Translations under genes and position numbers: made by a program
Source: an uncultured Candidatus Actinomarina sp.
Lineage (GTDB): Bacteria > Actinomycetota > Acidimicrobiia > Actinomarinales > Actinomarinaceae
Reading direction: 5' to 3'
Assembly: GCA_902634185.1 (NCBI GenBank)
Contig: CACPJC010000001.1
Span: 179,857 to 243,856, forward strand
Length of the DNA: 64,000 nucleotides
Notes under the pieces: generated by a model
Told to the model about the DNA's origin: nothing
What the model saw: only the letters and a program-made list of their open reading frames with translations
Databases searched by the model: none
Shown: positions 57,979-64,000 of the stretch, one piece after another
How the letters are laid out: every line of letters starts with the position of its first letter
Position numbering within the stretch: position 1 is the stretch's first letter

Positions 57979-59061
57979 TTAAATATCCTCGATTTTCTCC
58001 CAGTTTCTGTTCTCATGTCCAAAATGAGAAAACAATGTATCTTCCCTATAATTTACATTTAATAAGTCTAATCGCTCAATAATTACTCCAGGCTTCATGC
58101 CAAACCTTGATACAAAATCACTTAAGACAGAATCTTTTTCTTTTTGAGAACCAAATGTATCAACCGATAATTCATAGGGTTCCGCTTTACCTATTGCATA
58201 GGCAACTCTTATCTGACATTTATCTGCCAAATTATGAGCAACTATATTCTTTGCTAAATGTCTTGCTGCATATGCTGCTGAACGATCAACTTTTGATGGG
58301 TCTTTCCCAGAAAATGCACCACCACCAACGGGCACAGTTGGTCCATATGCATCAACAACGATTTTTCTCCCTGTCAGTCCAGTATCTCCAGCAGGCCCAC
58401 CTTTAACAAATGAACCAGATGGGTTAAGATGAAACTGAAATTTTCCATCAACGTATTTCGTTATCATATCTTCAAGATTGATTCTTAGTTCATCAATATC
58501 TATATCTTTTTTATGCTGTGTGGATATAACAACTTTTGTTTCTTCTCCACCTGTAGTCACCTGAACTTTAGAATCTAAATCAAGTTTTTCATCATTATTC
58601 TGAATTTCCCAAAGAGCCATCTGAATATTTCTACTGATATCAAAGGTTGGAGGCATAAAAGATTCCGTTTCGTTGGTAGCATAGCCAACCATAATACCTT
58701 GATCTCCTGCTCCTAGGTCTTCGTCGTCCTCAACTGCAGATCTTATCTCCTCAGATTGAGGAGTTAACTCATTTTGAATTTTTAAACTATCTAATTGAAA
58801 ATCCTCGAAGCTTGTTTTTATTGTTTTTGCTAGTGCATCTTTAACTATTTTCTCAATACCTTTATCATCTATTTTTGCAATATCACTAATTTCTCCACCA
58901 ACAACAACTAATCCACCATAAGTTGTACCAGTTAAGAATGTTTCTACTGCAACTCTTGATTTACTGTTGTTTGAAAGGGCTTCGGTCAAAACATAGTCTG
59001 AAATTAAATCAGCAATTTTATCGGGATGTCCAGGAGAGACTGTTTCAGCTGTTTTATACAT
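57979..59061 (-). CDS. metK: S-adenosylmethionine synthetase
   Basis: GHPDK, GAGDQG, GLTGRK, GGGAFSGKD; SD AAGGAG. Confidence 0.96.
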   Translation of the reverse strand: MYKTAETVSPGHPDKIADLISDYVLTEALSNNSKSRVAVETFLTGTTYGGLVVVGGEISDIAKIDDKGIEKIVKDALAKTIKTSFEDFQLDSLKIQNELTPQSEEIRSAVEDDEDLGAGDQGIMVGYATNETESFMPPTFDISRNIQMALWEIQNNDEKLDLDSKVQVTTGGEETKVVISTQHKKDIDIDELRINLEDMITKYVDGKFQFHLNPSGSFVKGGPAGDTGLTGRKIVVDAYGPTVPVGGGAFSGKDPSKVDRSAAYAARHLAKNIVAHNLADKCQIRVAYAIGKAEPYELSVDTFGSQKEKDSVLSDFVSRFGMKPGVIIERLDLLNVNYREDTLFSHFGHENRNWEKIEDI

Positions 59062-59168
59062 TGCTATATATACTCCTTAAAATTTACATTAATAAGCATA
59101 ATTATATTAATAATTCTTTGGAGTGGTTTCTACTTTATCTTAATCAAATTAGTTATTATCCTTCTGCT

Positions 59169-60344
59169 ATGTCATCCGAGATTAAAAAAATTTACAACTT
59201 ATTATTCTCAGTCGGTTTTTCATCCATAGGCTTTATTGCGGCTATAACTGTAACGGCATTGGCTGTAAGAGAAGTGACTACAAATCCCTATTTAGTAGGT
59301 GCTCCTAATGCATTGGGCGTTGGTGGTGCGTATGTTGGAACTCAAATTTTTGAATATCTTCAAAATAAATATTCTAGGATGAGTGCACTGACTTATACAT
59401 TCTTTACAGGTGGCTTAGGTGGACTTGTTTGTTTTATTAGTCTTTTAATTAATTCATTTTATTTACTTCTTTTGGGTGCGTTTATTTTAGGTATTGGTCA
59501 ATCAGCAACATTGCAAACAAGATATGCTTCGTCATTTTTAGTTAAAGAAAATTTTAGGGCGACAGCATTGTCATTGGCAATATGGTTTTCTGTTTTTGGT
59601 TCTGTGTTTGGGCCCAGGCTTGTCGGTCAATATTCTTCAACTTTTGAAAAAATGTTCGGCTCTGAATTAATAGTTGCCTACTTAATTGCAACATTAGGTT
59701 TTTTACTTGCTGGCATATCAGTGTTAGGACTTACTAAAAAAGACAGTGCATTAAGATTGCCTGCTACTACGAACAAAAAGGACACAAGTAATAAACTTGA
59801 TAGAACTGCAAAACAACTTACAGGGTTATTAGTTATCAATCACTTTGTAATGGTCATTATCATGGCTTCGACCCCATTGCATATTCAAGATATAGGAGAA
59901 ACAATCCAAGTAGTTGGCACAATAATAAGTTATCACACTCTTGGAATGTTTGTATTTTCTCCGGTGTTGGGTGGAATAGTTGACAGGATTGGTTCAAAAA
60001 AAATATCAATTTCTGGTGGAGTTATTTTATTAGCTAGTTGCATATTTGCTCTTAATAGTGAGGATATGTTTTTGCTGCACTTGAGTTTATTTTTGCTAGG
60101 TCTTGGTTGGAACTTTAACTTTGTTGCAATAAGTTCTGAAATCTCAAAATATTCGATTACGAAAAAAACAAACCTAAATATTAAAAGCGACTCTTTTGTT
60201 TTTATAGGAAGTTTGGTAGCTCAGTCTTCATTAGGTTTAACGTATACCTTTATAGGATTTAGAGGACTTGTAATATTTGGTATTTCTTGTGCTGTAATTT
60301 TGTTAATTTCATTAATAAGAAACTCATCAAAACTATTAACTTAA
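59169..60344 (+). CDS. MFS transporter
   Basis: About 12 TM, HTLGMFVFSP..G.IVDRIG, LGLGWNF; start moved to ATG 59169 (TATCCT 6 nt upstream). Confidence 0.85.
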   Translation: MSSEIKKIYNLLFSVGFSSIGFIAAITVTALAVREVTTNPYLVGAPNALGVGGAYVGTQIFEYLQNKYSRMSALTYTFFTGGLGGLVCFISLLINSFYLLLLGAFILGIGQSATLQTRYASSFLVKENFRATALSLAIWFSVFGSVFGPRLVGQYSSTFEKMFGSELIVAYLIATLGFLLAGISVLGLTKKDSALRLPATTNKKDTSNKLDRTAKQLTGLLVINHFVMVIIMASTPLHIQDIGETIQVVGTIISYHTLGMFVFSPVLGGIVDRIGSKKISISGGVILLASCIFALNSEDMFLLHLSLFLLGLGWNFNFVAISSEISKYSITKKTNLNIKSDSFVFIGSLVAQSSLGLTYTFIGFRGLVIFGISCAVILLISLIRNSSKLLT

Positions 60345-60346
60345 AA

Positions 60347-61183
60347 TCAAATCTCGATACTGAAGAGATCGTATCCGATATATATGTTTCCATCATAATA
60401 TTGCTTAATTTCCTCTAACACTTTCTCTTCATCAAAATTTGGCGGGACAAAATGTGTAAGGACTAAATTTTTTGTTTTTGTTTGGTTTGCAATATCCCCA
60501 ACGTCTTTTGTGCTTGTATGGTACTTCTCAATATTTTTTATTGTTTCTGGTGTCATCCGGTTTCTATCCATTTCTAAATTCACAAATAATTCATGTACTA
60601 AAATATCAGAGTCCTTTGCTTCCTTTATTAAATTTTCAGATTTCTTGGTGTCACCTGATATAACAATTATTTTTTCTTCATCATTTTCAGTAACATTTAT
60701 CTTGAAACCATAAGCTGGTTTTACAGGTTGATGATCAACACCAAATGGACGGATTGTTACATTTTCAGAAATAAACTTATATCCTTCATCAATCTCAACA
60801 ACTTCGAAGTTTAAACCATCTTCATTAGGTCTCATCTCATATTTTTTTCTTAATTCAAGTTCATCTGAATAAGATTCAAGCTGCTTAATGAAGAAATGTT
60901 CTAGTCCAGCTGGACCAATAATCTTAAATGGTTTTTTTCTTCCTTGGTGCCATCCAGAAATATACAGTTGGTATAAGTCGACTATATGGTCTGAGTGCAT
61001 GTGAGTAATGAAAACTTCATCTATATCTGAACTTTTTAATCCTAATTTGTTAAGTCTTTGGGTTACTCCAGAACCAACATCAAAGAGATAGTTTTTTTTA
61101 TTTATTTGCAAGAGAGTAGATGGGCCAAATCTGATATGGCTTGGTGCAGGACATCCAGTACCTAATAGAACTATCCGATTCAT
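60347..61183 (-). CDS. RNase Z/ElaC-family metallo-beta-lactamase-fold hydrolase
   Basis: LLGTG, THMHSDH, SGDT, LVHE, HT, LTHF. Confidence 0.8.
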   Translation of the reverse strand: MNRIVLLGTGCPAPSHIRFGPSTLLQINKKNYLFDVGSGVTQRLNKLGLKSSDIDEVFITHMHSDHIVDLYQLYISGWHQGRKKPFKIIGPAGLEHFFIKQLESYSDELELRKKYEMRPNEDGLNFEVVEIDEGYKFISENVTIRPFGVDHQPVKPAYGFKINVTENDEEKIIVISGDTKKSENLIKEAKDSDILVHELFVNLEMDRNRMTPETIKNIEKYHTSTKDVGDIANQTKTKNLVLTHFVPPNFDEEKVLEEIKQYYDGNIYIGYDLFSIEI

Positions 61184-62034
61184 AATTTACTTGATTCAAC
61201 AATCAGATTATTAATAGCTATTTTAGGTCTTATCCCATTTGATAAGTCCTCAATTAAATTTGTTAATAATTCTGAATATCTAAATTCTATTTTAGAAAAG
61301 TTTTGTATTGATAAAATACTGTTAACAAGATATTCGATTGTACTTTGAAAAACTTTCACAGTATTTACATTTTCAATATCTAAATCATCTATTTTCTTTT
61401 CTAACTCGATGAAGTTAAATAATCTTTCGTTTGTCTCGCTATTAATTGTTTTTAATTCTTGTAAAGTACTAGTAATTGATTCAAGTCTTTCTTTTGTTCC
61501 ATTTAAAATATATTCATTATCAATATCTAAAAAATTTATTATTTCATCAAGGTCAAAATTGTAACTATATGTAAATTCGTCATCTATATATATTGTCCTA
61601 CATCTACTCTTGAGCGTTGGCAAAATACTCTTAACTGAGTCATCTTTAGCATGTAACCAATACCTACCATTTGATGTGATAATGAAAATATTAGATTCTG
61701 ATGGTTCCTCTAGAGTTTTCAACAATGCATTTGATGCCTCTTCTGTAAGAGATCTGTCTGGAGGAAAAATAAATATTTTGTACTGACCCTCGATTGGAAA
61801 AATGCTTTCATCATTAATTACTTGTCTTATGTCATTTACACCAAGAGTATTTTGGTTTTCAGATGTCACCACTCTTATATCTGGATGGTTGGTAATTTGA
61901 TTTTCATCAAAAAGTAAAGATGAGGAAAATAGTTTCGATTGTTCCATTAAGTATTTTGAAGAGCTTGAAATTAATAGGTAAGAATGAAATGGGTTTTCAG
62001 TTTCGTTTTTTAGTATTTTATTTAACTCAGTCAA
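61180..62034 (-). CDS. holB: DNA polymerase III delta' subunit (degenerate)
   Basis: HSYLL, NHPD, ASNALLKTLEEP, LPTLKSRC; follows tmk. Confidence 0.85.
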   Translation of the reverse strand: MTELNKILKNETENPFHSYLLISSSSKYLMEQSKLFSSSLLFDENQITNHPDIRVVTSENQNTLGVNDIRQVINDESIFPIEGQYKIFIFPPDRSLTEEASNALLKTLEEPSESNIFIITSNGRYWLHAKDDSVKSILPTLKSRCRTIYIDDEFTYSYNFDLDEIINFLDIDNEYILNGTKERLESITSTLQELKTINSETNERLFNFIELEKKIDDLDIENVNTVKVFQSTIEYLVNSILSIQNFSKIEFRYSELLTNLIEDLSNGIRPKIAINNLIVESSKL

Positions 62035-62629
62035 GCTCTAACCATTTATAAATTGTTTTTAAGTTATCTGTTAAATCTAAAGTTGCATCAATCACCAAGA
62101 AATTCTCATTAAATTTTTCTGAAAGTTGAAGATAGCCCTCTCTTACTTTTTTAAAAAAGTCGAGCTCTGAACTTCCGATTCTATCATTAATTTTTTGTCT
62201 TTTTAAAGATACCTCAGGATCGATATCTAAAAGTATTACCTTTTCGGGCCAATATCCATCAACTGCTACATCATTAATTTCATAAATTTTATCGAAACCT
62301 AGCCCTCTCCCAACACCCTGATAGGCAACTGAAGAGTACGCACTTCTATCTGATATGATTTTTATACCATTTTCTATTGATGGTTTGATTATCTCGCTAA
62401 TAAGGTTTGCTCTATTTGCAGAAAAGAGTAATGCTTCTGTCAAAGGCTCAACCGTGTATTCATGGCTGAGCAAAAGGTCTCGTATGCCCTCGCCAAGTTT
62501 TGAACCACCTGGTTCCCTTACTATTTTAAAATTTATAGATTTTTTTTCTAGATGACTACTTAATGCTTCGATATAACTTGTTTTTCCAGAACCATCAACA
62601 CCCTCGAAAGCCAAATAATCTGTATTCAA
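62027..62629 (-). CDS. tmk: Thymidylate kinase
   Basis: FEGVDGSGKT, REPGG, SDR..SSVAYQG. Confidence 0.95.
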   Translation of the reverse strand: MNTDYLAFEGVDGSGKTSYIEALSSHLEKKSINFKIVREPGGSKLGEGIRDLLLSHEYTVEPLTEALLFSANRANLISEIIKPSIENGIKIISDRSAYSSVAYQGVGRGLGFDKIYEINDVAVDGYWPEKVILLDIDPEVSLKRQKINDRIGSSELDFFKKVREGYLQLSEKFNENFLVIDATLDLTDNLKTIYKWLELD

Positions 62630-62630
62630 A

Positions 62631-63953
62631 TTAATTTTCCTTTTTGTCTAAATCAAATTTAATCTTATTAAAATTTGATCTCTCAATACCAAATTCCTTA
62701 AAAATTCTTTTGTATCCAATAGTAAAATTCAAAATTCCAGTAATAAATATCAAAATTGAACTTCCTATCAATACTAAATAAACTCCGTCTTGATTGAAAA
62801 CTCCATCTAAATAATTTGCAGCTGTACCAGATATCAAAAAAGAAATTAGTAGTGCAAGTCTTCCAATGGTATAAAAGTTACCAAAAACTCTTCCTCGTAG
62901 TTCAGGATTAGTAGAAGCTTGCAAGTAACTTATAGTTAGAAGATAAACCCCACCCGTTCCAACTCCAGATATGAAAATTGATAATAAGATTACAACAAAA
63001 TCTACTGATCTAAATGCTGAAAATAGGGAAATTCCTGTAATTATCATGCATGAGCCTATGAGAAAATTTATTCTATTAAAAGTTGTAACAAAATAACTAA
63101 GAGTTAGCATACTAAATATTATTCCTGTTCCAAAGGAAGCAATCATGAAACCAAACGAGCTTTCACTAAAACCTAAATCTACAGTCAAAAATGTGTGGCC
63201 TAGAATGAATAATGTTCCTGCACCAATTAAACAAGAAGAAATTGAAAAAGCTATGTTCCTAATATTTTTGGTTTTAAAAAAGTAGTTAATACCTTCTTGA
63301 AAATTCTTTATAGAAAATGGAGGATTACTACTTGTTGTATTTACATTTTTATTTTTTAGAAAATACAATAAGTATGCAGAAAGCAAGAATGTAATGGTGT
63401 CGAGTAAAAAAATTATCGACCCACTCCATCCATTTCCAAATTCATTAACTACATTAAAGGTATCAAGATCGCTAAAAAAACCCAACAATAAAGAGGCTAT
63501 AGGTAATGTTGCGTATGTTCCAATCGCAAAAAGTGAATTTGCTTTTACAAGATTTTCAGAGTCTATAATCTCGGGAACTACAGCCTCTCGAGATGGCTGC
63601 CTTATCAATGAAAAAATCTCTGAGAAAAAATTGATTATAAAAATAAAATATAAATTATCTGCAAAAAATAAAAATAAAACTAAGACCATCCTTGTAAGAT
63701 CACAAAAAATCATAACTAATTTTTTATCAAATCTGTCAGCAATTAAACCAGCAAATGAGGAGAGTAATGCAGGAATTATCCTACCTACCAAGGGAACAAC
63801 TGCTGTGAGCTCTGAATTTCCACTCTCTGTACCTATGTAACTCGCTAAAGCTACCGACGCAAAGAGAGTTGCCCAATCTCCAAAACTTGATATCGATCCT
63901 GACCACCACAATAATGAAAACTGAGATTTGGAAAAAATTTTTATATTATTCAT
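62631..63953 (-). CDS. MFS transporter (DHA3/EntS-like)
   Basis: About 12 TM, SSFGDW, AGLIADRFDKK..MIFCD, LRGRVFG. Confidence 0.85.
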   Translation of the reverse strand: MNNIKIFSKSQFSLLWWSGSISSFGDWATLFASVALASYIGTESGNSELTAVVPLVGRIIPALLSSFAGLIADRFDKKLVMIFCDLTRMVLVLFLFFADNLYFIFIINFFSEIFSLIRQPSREAVVPEIIDSENLVKANSLFAIGTYATLPIASLLLGFFSDLDTFNVVNEFGNGWSGSIIFLLDTITFLLSAYLLYFLKNKNVNTTSSNPPFSIKNFQEGINYFFKTKNIRNIAFSISSCLIGAGTLFILGHTFLTVDLGFSESSFGFMIASFGTGIIFSMLTLSYFVTTFNRINFLIGSCMIITGISLFSAFRSVDFVVILLSIFISGVGTGGVYLLTISYLQASTNPELRGRVFGNFYTIGRLALLISFLISGTAANYLDGVFNQDGVYLVLIGSSILIFITGILNFTIGYKRIFKEFGIERSNFNKIKFDLDKKEN

Positions 63954-64000
63954 TGTTTATATAATCACTATAAATCGAATTTAAAATACTTTTTTTTTAA

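Noticed and set aside
59069-59106. SD-sequestering hairpin upstream of metK (possible SAM riboswitch)
   Set aside because: AU-rich and weak, no SAM riboswitch core that I recognise, and a TATAAT at 59106-59101 would start transcription at or past the 5' arm
3283-63840. Many short ORFs antisense to or out of frame within long genes (e.g. 3283-3489, 3604-3909, 28538-28972, 43511-43696, 44191-44508, 63394-63840)
   Set aside because: Shadow ORFs lying wholly or largely within well-supported genes, mostly Ser/Pro/Phe-rich with no recognisable motifs
1-64000. CRISPR arrays, IS elements, prophage, defence or toxin systems
   Set aside because: No spaced repeats, transposase, integrase, phage or defence-nuclease motifs seen by eye; GC rises only in SBP, clpC and tRNA genes, consistent with expression bias rather than transfer

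Overview
A gene-dense, AT-rich (roughly 30-33% GC by eye), streamlined bacterial chromosome segment with actinobacterial gene content and order (carD, disA, rex, clpC1-type, menJ-like/nuoA-N, tilS-hpt-ftsH-fol-panC-coaX-lysS). The best fit is a low-GC marine Acidimicrobiia such as 'Ca. Actinomarina'; this is inferred, not searched. It carries an Fe(III) ABC transporter with a DtxR-family regulator, a complete 14-gene complex I operon with a perfect Rex operator, branched-chain amino acid and BMP/nucleoside ABC transporters, core housekeeping genes and two tRNA-Thr genes. I saw no mobile elements, CRISPR arrays or defence systems. Two loci stand out. (1) An iron locus where the DtxR-like regulator has lost three canonical metal ligands, a non-canonical TGTTAA-N6-TTAACA palindrome sits at both its own promoter and the fbpA promoter, two unannotated back-to-back leaderless Cys-Pro microproteins lie between them, and FbpA has a collagen-like tether. 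(2) A folate operon whose FolE keeps its Zn ligands but has lost three triphosphate-binding arginines, with a catalytically dead PTP-fold gene inserted. Also noted: repeated loss of accessory metal sites (Tdk, NuoG N7, HolB), pervasive leaderless promoter architecture and structured leaders before the solute-binding protein genes.
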